Origin: Lama glama
Taxonomy: Eukaryota
DNA length: 64,000 bases
Direction: 5' to 3'
Assembly: GCA_028534125.1 (NCBI GenBank)
Contig: CM052837.1
Span: forward strand, 36,394,001-36,458,000
In this document: piece after piece, positions 25,670 through 39,770 of the stretch
Numbering within the stretch: position 1 is the stretch's first letter
Layout: each line of letters opens with the position of its first letter
The notes under the pieces: generated by a model
Database searches by the model: none
What the model was told of the DNA's origin: nothing
The model's input: only the letters and a program-made list of their open reading frames with translations
Position numbers and translations under genes: made by a program

Positions 25670-28600
25670 GTGAGTGGAGAGAGATGCTGGTTCAGAGAGC
25701 GAGTCGTGAGCGCCAGGCCCTCCGTTTGGGGCCTGAGACTTAGCCTGCGGACGTGAGGAGTGCGCAGGGAAGCCGTGTGGACAAGAGGGGACGTGTTCCC
25801 AGGCACCGCGTTTTAGTAAAAGCTTGTGCCCTATCGCAGATTGGGGGAAAAAAACCTCAACTTTGGACCACAGGAGATAACGAGAGAACAATTGTGTTTT
25901 AATCTTTAAAAGAGTTGCCCTGGGATATAAATATTTTTATTTGGTTCCCAAGTGAGATGGTCAGCATTCTTACATTATTTATACTTAATGATCAAAAACT
26001 TGTTTTCCTGTCTTATAACTGTATCTTGTTTTGCAAGTAGCTACTTTATTAGCGTATACCAAAGTACACCAAAAGAGTAAAGTACCCCCCAGACAGTAAA
26101 TTGATCTGCTTTTACAGCAGTTCATGCTGTCTCAAAGTTCAGTTCTGCTTTGCTTTTCACACACCACGTGAAGTGCTGGTGTGGAGCCTGGTGGAGAAGA
26201 GAGCGTGGCGGAGTGGGCGTTCTGCTTGCGTGTGGGTGGCAGGGCCAGCAGGGAAGGGAGAGGCTGGGTGGGTCCATTGACTTTGGCTTAGGATAGCCCG
26301 CTCGCCCCTCCCACTCCCGTCACCAGGGAGAAGCCGTGAACCAGCCTGCGGGGCAAGTGACCACAGGGATCCCCAAACTCTTACGTTCAAGACGGCCACC
26401 CATTGTCTGCCCCGCATCCTCCCTCGTCAGCATAGGAGCATCACTTTGCCTCTTCTGTTGAGGGGCTGCTCTTGGTGGGAGGGGACCTCAGGAGACTCTG
26501 AGCCCCTCCCTCCTTGGGGTCGGGCGCAGGTGCACCAGCTCTGAGATGCTGCTGCCACCAGGTGTCTAGTGACCTTCTTTCCACGTGCAGGCACACAGGC
26601 ACGTCCGCACTTATTGCCAAAATGGCTTGGTGCCCAGCACAACAGAAGGCTCTTTCCTGGTCCCTGTCCCTGTTCCCTGGACACTCTGCTGTCCCTGCTG
26701 GGACGCCTGTCTCGTGGATCCTGGTCCCCGAGCTCCGGGTCCTGTGTCATCTGTCAGGCATGCCTCTCCTGATCGAAGGGTCGGAGCAGGTCACTGGACT
26801 GGCAGCCGAAGATGCTGACTTATTCTTGTCTGAAACCCCAGGAGGAGCAGGCACTGGGCTCCCCACTGTTTTCAGAGGCTGAGCTAGTAAGTCACCTCTC
26901 GTGACTTCACAGCTGACGTGCTCCTTGTGGGTGTGTTTTCCTGGGAAGCGTGTTTGTTTGACCTGCACACTCACCGGTAATCGTCTGCAGCTGAGTTCCC
27001 GCCGGGTGGGGTGCTTGTCTGGGAAGGCACCTTGTGGGGCGCCCACGTCTGAGACCGAGCTAGCCCGGCCGCAGCGTGTCCCTCTCTCCTAGGGGCCCTG
27101 GGGCAGTTCCCTTTCACCCGGGAGCCAGTGTAAGCCATACTCCTGAACATCTCTGAACTCCTTCCCGAGGTGGTCCCCGGGGGGACCTGAGCACCTGTCG
27201 TGCGGTGTGTCAGTGAGCTCCACCCCTGCCTCTCCCACGGCAGGGCCCCCGTGTGTCCGAGATGGAGGTGAAAATAATTTGTCTCCTGAAATTGTCTCGG
27301 TGAAAATATTTCTCACCTCAGTCCTTTGGTTTCAAAACAAACAATAGACGAAAAACACTCAGTCTCCCAGTGCAGTGGGACACCGGTGTGAGGTGCAGAG
27401 CCCCTGGCTTCGTTGTCTGTGGACTTGATCTTGCTCTGTGACTAGTACTGACACTTTGTGTCTAATACTGTGAGAAAGTGTGTAAATCCTGCAGTTATTA
27501 AATGAGTGGCTTCAGTAGGCAATTATCCTCCAAGAACCAAGTTTTAAAGTACAGGAAAAATACGTCCAGATTAAGGGAGATAGAAGTTCAGACTGACCTG
27601 TCAGCAGCGGGTCTCCTAGTGATCAGATCACAGATGGTGCCAAGTCTCTCCGTGGCTTGTCTGTGGTCTCTCTTTTTCTGTGGTAAGTACACGTTGTGTA
27701 TCAAGACTTTTAGACTGTCCCGGAGCGTTGGCTTCGTCAGAGACAAGACTTCAACGCGCTTGTCGGGGAGGCGCTGCCTTGTGTCCTGGGCACACGCTGG
27801 GGTTGTGATGTAAATGAACTTTCTTCTTAACAACGTCCTGGGGGGTCGGCCCCAAGCCGGTGTGGGGGACGGGGACGCCAGTGCGGGGCGGCGTGCGGGG
27901 CCGGAGGACGGAGCTCCCTCAGGCCGGAGACGGCCCGGGCTCGCTTCGACAGGGTTAGCAGTTGTCGCTTTTTGGCTAGGTAGCAAGACCAGAGGTGGCA
28001 GCTGTTTCAGAAAGCGTTCATCAGTGAAGAGATTCATCTTTAAGGCCTCCTTTCAGAGTTATTGTGTGACAGATCTCAGTACGTGAGTTTTGTGAATCTT
28101 GTCAGTAGAGAATATGTGAAAGAAGGTATTCTTGCGTTTTCTCAGGGAAGTTTATTAGCGACAGGTTTGTTTACGCTTTGTGTCTGACGACAGTCACCCT
28201 CCTGGGCCTGGCCTTCCTCTCTGTGAAATGAGGGCCTCCTTGCGAAGCCGCCAGGAGCCCCACCCCGGCGGGCGCTTGGGAGCAGAACTTGAGTGTCCGG
28301 GCAATTGTACGGGCCGGGTGGGTGGAGGGGACACGGCTTCCTTTTCCCTGGAGCCGCCGGGTGCTTGGGGGGAGGCCCTCCTGGCGGACAAGGGGTGTGG
28401 GGGGTGTGGCTCATCTGGGACTGTGCTGGCCTGGAGGCCCCACGACTGTTAAACATGAGTCCCATCAGTTCATTTCTCTCAGTTTTCCATTTGCACCCAG
28501 AGCTCTCTCAGCTCAAACCAGCCGTTTACGCTCGGTTACCGTTCGTTGGTCTGCTTGGGTCTGGCCATGTTTGCGGGGGGCCGGGTGCTCGGTTAGAAGC

Positions 28601-29036
28601 TGCAGCAGTGGCTTGTGTTTTAGGACCTGATGCAGTGTGACCGCAGGCCCTGTGCTGAGGAGGAGGGCCTTGCAGCCAGGAGTTAGGTTTGGACCCTGCA
28701 GAGGTGGCCCGCCCCATGGCGTGCGGGTCACTGACCACAGCGGTGAAAAGCTGTGCTCTCCTGCCCGGGAGCTGAGCTGTGGGCCACCTGCCCCGGCAGG
28801 TGAGGCACCTGGAACACTTGGCGGCCGTGCAGACTGGGTGCCTCTCTTGGGAAGCTCCTTCCAGGGGTCCTGCCGTCTCGGCCTCCGCCTTCAGCTCCTG
28901 GGAGGCGGAGTTGATGACTGAGCGCGTCCGTAAAGACAGTGTGACGCCTGAGGGGTTGGCGGTGTGGTCGGGTTCTTAGAAGCAGGCTTTACACGTTCAA
29001 GTCCTGCAGGAGTCACCCTCTGCTTGTCTCGCACAG

Positions 29037-29181
29037 GCTTTGATTCTGATAACTCTTCCGGGGAATTTTCAGAGGCGAATCCGAGAGCTAGTGGAGTGGT
29101 TCACGTGGACACCAGCAAAAGCAACGGGCTCGGGAAGGCCGGGGAGAGGCCTTCTCAGGAGAATGGGGTTCGGAAGCACAG
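29037..29181 (+). CDS. OSBPL2: OSBPL2 exon 3
   Basis: cacag|GCTTTGAT...CACAG|gtacgt; GFDSDNSSGEFSEAN...ENGVRKHR. Confidence 0.95.
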
Positions 29182-31271
29182 GTACGTCATCCCGCGAGCG
29201 TCTGCACTCGCCCCAAATGTGCTGTGGCGTCCACGCCGCCCTCATGGGCCCGGAGTCAGATAGCCGCCCGCCCGTCACCGGGCGGCCCCTGCACAGATCA
29301 GGGCCCAGTTCAGCCAGAGATTCTGGGACCCGCGGCCCCCGTGTGGCCCCTGGAGACCAGTGACAGCACTTCCTCACCTACGACCCCCGTAGATGCTGGC
29401 GGAGCCCTGGGCACTGAACGCTTGGGTGCCCGGCATCCACACGGGGCCTGGCACGCAGCCCACGGTCACCTGCTCCCAGACCCTCCTGCTGGCTCTGTGC
29501 ACACCTACCTGTGTTCTCTTCCCACGTGTGGCCTCGCACCCTGTGGGGGTCGGAGGGCTGTTTAGTGCAGCGAGACCACGTTCCGTTCTCTTCCTGCCAG
29601 ATGCCATTTTCGTGCCACAGGCCTCACAGCAGGGCCCTCGGCCTTTGCCAGCAGAAGGGAGGACTCAGGCAGGACAGGCCGTCCGTCGGGCGGAGCCTCC
29701 GTCCACCCAGGCTGTTAGCGTTTCGGCTCCAGGGAGCCCAGCGTCCCCCCAGACCCCTGCCCTGCACTGAGATCCAGGGCCCGCTTGCTGTCTCCGCCTG
29801 GGGCCTCAGGTGCTCCCTCGTGCTCGGAGTTGTTGCAGCACCTTCTGCCTGCTTATGTGGCCCGGGCCTCCGCTGTCATCCTGCCCTGCGCCCCAGGAAT
29901 CGGGCTCATGAGCCAGACCGGGTGCTGCCTCCTCCCCCACCCCCATCCCCGCTTGACATGCCGGCCTCTTCAGATGCATCCTGCTGCCTTTAGCGCTCAG
30001 TGACTCTGTCCCAGCCCAGTCCGTGCCACTGCCGTTCCTCCTGTGCCTCCTGTACCTGACTGCTCCCTGCCACTGTCCTCTGGCCTTCGTGCCGTGGGCA
30101 GAGTCACCGTCTCAGGACGAATCTGATCATGCCGCCTTTGCCCCTTGCTCAAAACTCAGCTGCGCAGCTCTGCCTCCTCTCAGAAGTCTGGGTTTGGGCA
30201 GTGAACTGTAAGGTTCTCCTGGGATGAGGGGTGGCCCCTCCCCGTGGGCTCTGGTCCCACCTTCTGCTCTGCACCCTTTGCCCAAGTCCCCTCCTCCTTC
30301 TCCGTCTCTTTAGCTCCTGCCCACCCCTGTGTGCACACAGTTCATCCTTAGGGCCCTTTCCCCTCCATGGAGCCACATCCACTCCTCATGGCCCCCTCGC
30401 GCTGTGGGGTCTGCCCTGCTGTGGCCGCTTGGGGTGCCCCGTGAGAGCTGGCCCAGTGGAGCCGCGTGCTGGTGGCTGGCAGCCTGGCACATCCTGCCCA
30501 GTGAATGTTGGTTTTCTTTCCCATTTCGTCTCCAGCTGCCTTGTCTTCCTCTCCCACCTGCCCCCAAAACAGATGGCTGCCCCAGTGTGAACCCCGGGGG
30601 GACTTGGGCTGCCATCGAGTGACCCTGAAGACCAGTGTCAGAGCCGGGCCCTCTGCTGCAGCTGCAGGCGCCACCTGAGGGGATGCAGCCGGTGCCAGGC
30701 TGGGCCACGCAGGGGAGCTGTGGCGTCTCTGGTGCCTGCAGCCTCCGTCCTCAGTGTGCGTGGGCCCGGCCGCATCCCCCAGGCATCCTCGCTGCCTCCC
30801 TCCTACGTGGGCCCCCGATCCCGGTGGCTGTGAGCAGGGCCTCCTGGTGCCGGGGCTTCCCTGGTGTCGTGGAAAGAGCCCTAAGAAGGAGCACACCTCA
30901 GGGAAAACCGGCGTGTGTCTCAAAGGGGCTTGAGAGCCAGTGTCCTGGGTCGTCTTGATGTGATTCCCTCTTGGTGTCCTCGTGGCCCTGCCTCTGTCCG
31001 TGGTCCTGCTGCTGCCGCGGGGTCACCGGAGGAAAGGCGTCTGTGTGGTCGGATCGTTTCCCAGAAGGCCCTCCAGAACATCAGTGCAGAAACCCTCTTT
31101 GAGGCTGCAGCAGCAGTCTGTCTCTTCTCTTCCCGGGCACGCCAGCGCAGAGAAGCGCTAACGCTTAGATATAAAAATTAAAGGAAAAGATGGTCATTGA
31201 GCAAAACCAGTCATCACAAGTGAACCTCACGCTGGATGAGTAAACGTGTTACTCTGGTTACTCCTCCACAG

Positions 31272-31347
31272 GACGGCGCTGCCTGCCCCGATGTTCACCA
31301 GAAGTGATTTCAGCGTGTGGAGTATACTGAAGAAATGCATTGGCTTG
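31272..31347 (+). CDS. OSBPL2: OSBPL2 exon 4
   Basis: cacag|GACGGCG...GGCTTG|gtaagt; TALPAPMFTRSDFSVWSILKKCIGL. Confidence 0.96.
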
Positions 31348-34300
31348 GTAAGTTCGGAGGGACTCGCTTTGAAGTGTGAAACTTAAACTTGTTTCTTAAG
31401 GCTGAATTATTCCTGTGCAGGAGGAGACCTGTCCTTGAAGGTTAGCTTGTTGACACAAGGAGCATCACAAGGGTTCCCACTGAGCGCGTGTCCTGTGGTG
31501 TGGCTGTGGTCAGCCAGGGGGTTTTGGTGGGCTCCTGGCCGCACACGGAGGTGAGCCGCTGGGCAGGCCCTTAGGACCGAGGCTCCGTGTGCCCCACCCG
31601 CCCACCCTGGGCTGCAGGCGGGGTGCAGACGCCCAGACTTTGTAACAGGGAACATAGTTGGGTCCTTAGTGTCCGGAAGCCGCACACCTTTCCTTTCACG
31701 GTCTTTGCTGACTGTCTGAGAGGGTCTTTTCAGCAGTGACGTCGTTACGCTGCATCCCTGAGGAACTGCCCACAGCTGGACTCAGAGTCGAGCTGGATAC
31801 ATGCTTGGGGCTGGAGGGCCTCCTCTTGCCGGCCACACTGCAGCCCGTGAGGTGCCCAGTTCTGTGGACCACCTCCCGAGAGGTGGCCCAGCTCTCTTCC
31901 CACCACTCATCAACCCCCGGAAACAGCCGTAGACGGGAGGAAACGGGCGATTGCCAAGGCGTAGAGAAGTAGCCGGGCGGTATAACGACCCCCGCCCCAC
32001 ATCACCAGCCCCCACCGCTGTCCGTCTGGGCTGAGCACGCCTGTGCCCCCGCCACTGCCTGCCCTGGTGTTTGAAGGCAAATTCCAGACGCAATGCTTCC
32101 CACCTGTCGCCGAAGGATGGGGTTAAAGCAACCATGCTGCTATTACCCGCCTCCAAAGAGTAGCAGGATTCTCTGGTATCGGCAGACATCCACTCCGCGC
32201 GGGGTTCCAGTTGTCTCAGCGAGAATCTCGTGTGTGCTGTGGTCTGTGTGTGGACCCGCTTGGGTCCTTCCGCCACGAGACCCTCCTGCCGCCCTTCCTC
32301 TGAATTGAAGAGCCGTGGATGCTCAGCCTAGACCCCTTAACCGACTGTAGGCTGCAGCCGGGGCCACACGAACCCCGTCCGTCTCCGTGCAGTGCCTGGA
32401 ACACTGCAACGACGAGAAGGTTCCCTTCCTCTGCCGTGACCGTGGCTTGCGTAAGAAGGCTGGGATCCTTGAGCGAGCCCTCCTCTTTGTCAAAGCGTCT
32501 GGATGACGTGTTCGGTCTCCCGGCATCGCCCAGCATGGCTGGTGAACCCAGCCAACTCGTGGACTGAAACCTCTGGGATGCGCTCCAGTCCACAAGTGGT
32601 TCCGTCTCTGGCCATGGGAGCCTCCTCAGTCCGCCCGTGGTCCTTCACAGAAGACGCCCGTGGCTCGTCTGGTGCCTTTCTTGTCCAGGCAGAGAGCTCA
32701 GGACCCCGGCTGGGCCCAGGGGGCTGCTGGGTCGGTCTTGTTTCTAGGTCTTTTCAGGGCACTGAGTTAGGAACTGTTTTAATTTGTTTCAACGATGCTT
32801 CAAGTCTGGGACTCCAGGACTTACCTCGCCTCTTCCCTCTTCTTCCGCACCGACAATCCCAGTTTCTAACAACACTGGCGCTGGTGGGTTCAGAACCGCG
32901 CAAAGCTAAGGCTCAGTGCTGTGTCCCCGATGTGAGGGTCCTGGGAGCCGGGGCAGCGCCAGCGGCCGTGTGCCAGGACGCAGAGCACGGCTGTGGCTTT
33001 TGCCGCCCTTGTCCTTGGGGTGGCACCGGGCCCTGCCCTTGGCCCTCCAGAGCGGCTCTTCTCTGGGCAGTCGGGCCCCAGGCGGGCGGTGCGGGTTTCT
33101 TTGTCTCATCTTATTTGTGGTGTCTGGAGGTGGCTTCTCTAAATTTAATTTTGTTTTAAACGTGTAAGTCCAAAGTCAAGTCTCTCAAATGAGGAGTATT
33201 CCAGGAATTTACTTCCTGCCCCCTGCCCTCCCCGCAGCCTCCCTTCCCTCCTAATGGAGAGGTGGCTGCTAAGTGTCTGGTCGCTCTCTCTGCGGCTGAG
33301 AAAGTTGGCGGAGCGGTCCCCTTGGTTCTGTAGATGGACGAGGGGCTTCTCTCTGCCCGTTTCCCAGCCATGCTCCTCGGGTCACCGCGCTGTGCCAGCC
33401 CTGCTGGGCTGCTGGGCTGCGTCGGGGCCCTGTGGTGGGACGACTGGGTCCTTTATGGCCTTCTGATGTGTGTTTGCTGGAGGAACGGCGGGGTAGGCTC
33501 CTGCACGTGGGACGGCTGGACCAGGGGATGAGGGGTGTGCAGGCTTGCTGGTGTGGCCAGAGTCCCCCGCCCTGCCCTGTAGGCTGCATTATTTTGCATT
33601 CCCAGCAGCAGGTGTGGGGTCCTGGTTCCGCACAGCCTTGCCGACGGGCAGGGTCGAGGGTTTAGCGATTTGACACTTGAGGGAGTGTGAATGGAGACTC
33701 CACATTCATTTATTTCCTTTTCTCCTGATGTGAGCAGGGCCAGCATGTGCCCTGGCTTCACGGCTGCCGCGTTACTTTTCCCCCCTTCCTTTTCCCTCCC
33801 TTCTGACCAGCTCTCCCCCGGCCCCTGCCCTGCCCCTGCCCTGCCCTTCCTTGAGAAGCTGTCCTCTTCCTGGAGGGACCTCTGTTTCTCAAAGTCCCTG
33901 AGTGATGCCTTCCCGGACACTGGCTCCCATGGTGCCCCGCACCCTCCCTGCTTCCCCTCTCACTGTGGCCACGTGAAGGCCAGGGCTGCCCGCTTCCTGT
34001 GCCCTCAAGGTGCCTGAGAGCAGGGCTCCCTTGGGGGTCTCCCCTGCTGGGCTGGGGGTGTCCAGGTCACCCGGGGGTGATGGTTTCCAATGATGCTTTA
34101 GGACCATAGAACTGGAGGTTGTGTGGAGAGCACATTGGGGTGGGGCGGTCTGTCCTGGAGCTCCTGTGGTCCCATGCCACGCGTGGGCATGGGCCATGCC
34201 GGAGGAGATGTGGAGGGTACTGGGCACCAGCGTGTGGGAGGCAGCTGTCCCTCCCAGCATCCTTAAGATCTTGTCCAGGGCAGGTGGCTGTGGCCCCCGA

Positions 34301-34380
34301 AGTGATGCTCAGGGAGAGGCGGGTGTGGGGCCTGGTGTCTGGGGAGAGCCTGCCGATCACCAGTCCCCCACTCTTTCCAG

Positions 34381-34515
34381 GAGCTGTCCAAGATCACAAT
34401 GCCGATCGCCTTCAACGAGCCCCTGAGTTTCCTGCAGCGGATCACGGAGTACATGGAGCACGTGTACCTCATTCACAAAGCCTCCTGCCAGGCCCAGCCC
34501 CTGGAAAGGATGCAG
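34381..34515 (+). CDS. OSBPL2: OSBPL2 exon 5
   Basis: ttccag|GAGCTG...ATGCAG|gtgggc; ELSKITMPIAFNEPLSFLQRITEYMEH... Confidence 0.97.
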
Positions 34516-35122
34516 GTGGGCGGTGGGCTCCTTGCGGGGGCACCAGGGACCGTGCCCGGTTGGGTGCAGACCGTAGCCTTGAGTGGACATGGCACCTGCC
34601 ATTCAAGTGGTCTCACTGGGCCAGGGACCCGGGCACACGGCAGTGGGACGCTGGGAGGAGGGCCGGCATAGCTCCCACGATGCGCCGAGCTGTCCTGCCC
34701 AGCGGCTGGGCCTGTGTACAGGCACGTTCTCCAGGGTGTGGCATCGGGTGTCGCAGCCACCTGTGGGCTGGGCCCAGGGAGCTGCAGGGGTGGCAGGGCT
34801 GGCACTCGGCCCCTCTGGGTCCTTTCAGCACCCCCGCCCCGTGTGCGCGCGTGCGTGCGTGCGTGTCTGTAGGTGTGTGCATGTGTGACAGGCAGGGCCT
34901 GCGAGGAAGGGAGGCCCGGGCTGGAGGGGTGAGAGGCAATGGCTTGCTGTCTGTGGCTTTGAGGAAGTGGTGGGTGATAAACACCGTTTCCTCGGAAGTG
35001 CTGTGGTTTCAAATGTGTCACAAGTGGAAGGCTGAGAAGTCCCCGGGAGGAGGTGCCGGGGCGCCTTCGCAGCCCGGCCGCGTCCCGACAGCTGCCCCTC
35101 ACCGCCCTGTGCTTGTTTCCAG

Positions 35123-35220
35123 TCTGTGGCTGCCTTCGCCGTGTCGGCTGTGGCTTCCCAGTGGGAGAGGACCGGCAAGCCGTTCAATCCACTCTTGGGA
35201 GAGACGTACGAGTTGGTCAG
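35123..35220 (+). CDS. OSBPL2: OSBPL2 exon 6
   Basis: ttccag|TCTGTG...GTCAG|gtaagg; SVAAFAVSAVASQWERTGKPFNPLLGETYELV. Confidence 0.97.
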
Positions 35221-37358
35221 GTAAGGGCACCGGGCGCTTCTGGAGGGTCTGGCGTGTGGGACCCTCCGTGACAGACGAGCATTGATGTCTCCGCGCTGAG
35301 AACAGGCCCTTCGAACTGAGGGGCTGGGGACACTGGGGGCGGGAGGTGCTTCACACACGAGGGGGTCGTGTTAATGACATAACAGGACCCGGGAAAGAAA
35401 CACGTAGGAGCAGAAGGACGCGTTCGATGCAGGAACGGGGGAGCGGAGCGGAGCGTGGGGCGGCTGCGTCTCCACGCCCGAGCGCTTCCACGCGCTGCAA
35501 CTCACAGCATCTTTTCTTTCTTTCAGAAAGCAAAGAACGGGTATTGTGTGACTGACGCATCTGGGATTCAGAGAAATGTAGTTTCTCTGAAACTTCTGGC
35601 TGCGGTTTTGGGTTCTTTATTGCATGTGTATTATTAAGGGTTTTCCATTGGTAGTGATTGTGGGATTTGGGGATGCTGGTCTGGTTAAAACGGGCACTCT
35701 TCAGGTGTGCAAAGAGTCTAAAACTGGCATCTTCAGTAACGAGGGTGGCCCGCACACCTGTGTACACGTCGCTTACCAAGTTGGGAAAACGACTCAAATG
35801 TCATCGATGCAAGTTCTCCTCTGTTCTGGCCGGCTCGGCTGCTGGCCCCTCCTCCACAGACCCAGGGCGGGCCGAGCTGGGAGGAAGCACGGCGGGTGCT
35901 GCGTGGGGCTCCTCGATAGGTGACGGAGGGACTCAGCAGGGACCTGGGGTCCCGGCACGTCACGGCAGGAGGGACAGTCCTGTGTCTTCAGTTTGCAGGC
36001 GAGGGGAGACTGGCCTGGAGTGTCGCTCTCAAGGGGACCTGTTGGTCTTGACCTCATGCAGTGTCCCTCCTGCCCGGCACGCTTGGGCTGAGCGACGGTC
36101 TCCTCCCTCCGCTCAGTGTGCTTCTGTGCCTGTGTCGGAAAGTCTTCTCATCCAGCTGCTGGAAGATTGTTAGCATTTTGGTTTATTAGCAGCATCATTG
36201 CAATATGTGAAAAGAGAAATCAAAGCATAATACGAAAAAAATTCTGGACACCGGAAAGTGAGCAGATGTGTTAAAAAAAAACGTGAACGACTCCAGACGC
36301 CGAGTCCAGCGTGACCCCTGATTGTTCGTCTCTTTCCGGGCTTGACTCGGGCTGAACGCAGTTCCACAGACTGACAGGAGACAGCCACGTCTCAGACTCC
36401 GGCAGGTCCCGCTCCCACCGGCGTCTCCGCGCCTGGTGCGTGCGAGACGGAGCCATCCCCCTGTCTGGGGAGCGACACGACTAAACCCAGTCGCTCACCA
36501 GTGTCTTTTCCTCCTTAGGATTGCTCTTGGGGAGCTAAAAATAACACTTTCTTTTCTTAGACATCTATTCATTTTGTAAATTACATACTTTGGTAGGCAA
36601 CCTTTTAAAATCTAATTTCTTCAACTTTCTTTCCTCTGTAATGATTGGAAAGTCTGATTCCAGTTAAGCTAGTAATTATGTGGTTTAGCTTTTATAATTT
36701 TTAATGACTACAACTGTAGGTGTATTCACAGTTCTGGAACAATTAAAAAATGACATTTTTATTGAAAAAGAGACTGCACTAAAAATCCTATTTCCTGGCC
36801 AGAAATATCTTGGGGCATAAGACATCTCATCACAAAAAATCCAGGAGCCTTGGAAGAAGGCTGGAGAGGAGCCCCCTCGGGAAGGCTGTGAGGTCCTTCT
36901 CTGAGTTTATTGTGCAGTGGGTGTCCCTCGAAGCTAGGATGACAGTTTGCTCTCAGGCCTCCGAGTCACTGGTTCTAAGAGCTGCTTGTTCACCTGTGTG
37001 GGGGCTGAGCAGAGGGCCAGGGTGGAAGGCCTCTCCGCACCATCATTTTCCTGTGTAGGGCTCATGCTGGCCCTGGAGGCACAGTGTGTGTGCACGCGTG
37101 CATGCGTGTGTGTGGTCAGCGTTAGGCCACCTGTGACGTCGAGGGCAGTGTCAGGTATCTGCCACGTGTGGCAGCCCAGCGTGGCCCCATCATCCCAGGC
37201 CCCTCCCAGACTCGGGGGTGGGGCTCCTGTGGGTCGAGCTGTGGCTGCACTGGGGGGCAGGGGGTGCTGGGCTGACCTCACTGGGTTTTGCTGGCGCTGA
37301 TGAGGCTCTGTCACTGTCCCTCCTGCCCCTCCCCTTCTTTTCCTGTTTTTGTACCCAG

Positions 37359-37541
37359 GGAAGATTTGGGGTTCAGGTTTATCTCCGAGCAGGTCAGCCA
37401 CCACCCCCCCGTCAGCGCATTTTACTCGGAGGGCCTGCACCGGGACTTCCTGTTCCACGGCTCCATCTACCCGAAGCTGAGGTTCTGGGGCAAGAGCGTG
37501 GAGGCCGAGCCGCGGGGCACCATCACGCTGGAGCTGCTCAG
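37359..37541 (+). CDS. OSBPL2: OSBPL2 exon 7 (OSBP signature EQVSHHPP)
   Basis: cccag|GGAAGAT...CTCAG|gtaagc; EDLGFRFISEQVSHHPPVSAFYSEG...GTITLELL. Confidence 0.98.
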
Positions 37542-39064
37542 GTAAGCGGGAGGAGATCCACCTCCGCTGAGGACAGGGATGCCCTCTGGCTGAGGGCTCG
37601 TGCGTGTTCTTGGGGTGGGCAGCCTTTCCCGCGGTTGAGACGTCTTCCAAGGAGAGCTCTGGGCTGGAGACTCCGCCGGGGCCAGGCTGATCCTCGGAGA
37701 GCTCTCCTTATAAAGTCCGTGCTGATTGCACCCGCCCATCCTCTCCCCTACCCCGGCGGTCTGGGCGCATGCAGCTCCTAGGGGCGGGGCGGGGTGTCTG
37801 TCGGGGTCCCGTGGGGGTGCGGTCAGGCCGCGGGCCAGACGGAACGTCTGCTTCCCAGCTTGCTTTTTGTCTGCCAGCCGGAGCCCTCAGGTCCTGGCTG
37901 CCCGCCTCTTCATAGGGCTGTTCAGACGCAGCGCTGCCACCCCCAGGGCCAGGACCACTGTGGGGAGTGGCACCAGGACCTGACCTAGTCTCAGGAGTGG
38001 CCGTCACCTTAACCGCCCCCCACACATCTGTCAGCTCGCAGACCAGCCCTGGACGAGTGTAGGGAGGGGTGACGTGGGGCTCAGACTCCGGGAGGGGGAG
38101 CAGCAGGGACCATGTCCGCGCCGCCTGTGCATCTTCAGTCCCACCTCAGCACTCCCCATCCCATGTCGCTCAGAGCCTCGGCCAAACCCGAGTCTCGAGT
38201 CTCGCAGCCGCGTGGTGTGGCAGGCCCGTCGCAGACTCAGTCCAGGCCAGGTGCGCAGCAGCTCCCCGAGGGGTGGGCCTGTAAGGAAGCTCCTGGTGTG
38301 GTTTTGCTTCCTGGGGCCCCCCTGGCTGAGGAGCCCTATCTCCCCAGTACTGCCCCCCTGCCCCATGCACCTCGGGCAGAAGTCCCTCGGCGGGGAGGGC
38401 AGCCCCTTCAGGGAGATGTGCTTGTCCCGCGTGGTCTTGGCTTTCTCAGGGGAGGCGTGGGGAGCTGGAAAGTTGCAGACCTTCTGGGTTCTGCTGGGAA
38501 ATTCAAGGAAATCCAAATATTCGTCACGAAATGCCAGTGTGCTTCGCGGCTTCCGCCCTCGGTTACAGCTCTGACGCAGCCCCGGGCCTGGTGGTCTGCT
38601 CCCCTCACGTTTGTGGGGTTTCTTTTCTCCTGGGGAGGCGTCTGGGGAGGACGCAGGCTGGTGGAGAGGTGTGTGCACGCCCAGCCCCCACTCCCCGCCC
38701 CGCACGGCGCCTCGGGCCGCCAGGGCCAGGTGCCCAGGACCGCGCTGCTCCCGCAGGACGGGGCTGAGGGGCTGTTCTGTTGGCAACTTCACAGGAAGCC
38801 TCTTGTCTTCGTCTGCCTTTTATTGCTTATTAATGTGTCTCGACATTGAAGTAGAAAGCTTTGTTGATGCTACAAAGGAAAGAAGGACATTTCAAACAAA
38901 CGTGAAACATTAGCTGCTGTTGGAGGGAGTTCAAAGCAGTGTTCTGCCCTTCGCCGGGTTTCAAGTCAATTACGGTTTAATTCCGTCTGGTACTTTGCTT
39001 TTGAGGTCACACAGTGTCTTTGCTTTGCTGGCCTCTGACGCACCTGTTCTTGGGCTCGTTTCAG

Positions 39065-39172
39065 ACATAACGAAGCCTACACCTGGACCAACCCCACCTG
39101 CTGTGTGCACAACGTGATCATCGGGAAGCTCTGGATAGAACAGTATGGGACGGTGGAGATCGTGAACCACAG
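39065..39172 (+). CDS. OSBPL2: OSBPL2 exon 8
   Basis: tttcag|ACATAAC...CCACAG|gtagcg; HNEAYTWTNPTCCVHNVIIGKLWIEQYGTVEIVNH. Confidence 0.96.
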
Positions 39173-39512
39173 GTAGCGGCCACGGCCCCGGGGCGCCCCG
39201 TGGTGCCTGCTGCACCCCAGGCCGTGTTCTCCTGCTCCTCCGGGCTCCTCGGGGTCCCCCCACCATCGCTCGTGCCCCTCAGCTTCAGGCGGGAGACCTC
39301 ACGCGGGTGGCGGCTGGAGCTGATTCTGATCGGCATCGGCAGGAGCCGCCAGCAGCGCGCCACATGGGTGCTCGCTCTGCTCGCAGTCACAGCCGTTCAT
39401 CTGCTTTGATGTTGTAACCTGCACTGCAGATCCGTGTGATCGCCAGTGAGAAGGCTTGCCCACTGTCCAGCCTGCCTTGCCTTGTACTCCTGGAAGCTCC
39501 TGGCTGGCTGGC

Positions 39513-39770
39513 TTTGTTTTTTAACAGCTTCGTTGAGATATAATTTATGTATCATACAATCCACCCACTTAAAGTGGACATTCAGATGATTCTTAGGAAA
39601 CGTTCTGAATTGTGTAGCCGTCACCACAAGGCTGTGCTAGGACATTGCCATCACCCGGGAAGGTCCCCGTGCCTGTCTGCGGTCACTCACCGCGCTGCCC
39701 CTGTGCCGGGCAGCACCCGCCTGCGCACGCTCTCTCTCTGTCTTTACCTTTTCTGGACGTGTGGTGGCCA
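39513..39770 (-). mobile_element. L1 3' end (L1MB7/ME-like) just upstream of OSBPL2 exon 9
   Basis: ttttttaacagcttcgttgagatataattt...ccacttaaagtg is a classic antisense L1M 3' end. Confidence 0.75.

Noticed and set aside
34119-35285. 388-aa ORF spanning OSBPL2 exons 5-6
   Set aside because: It is out of frame with the real exons and mostly intronic, with no domain similarity.
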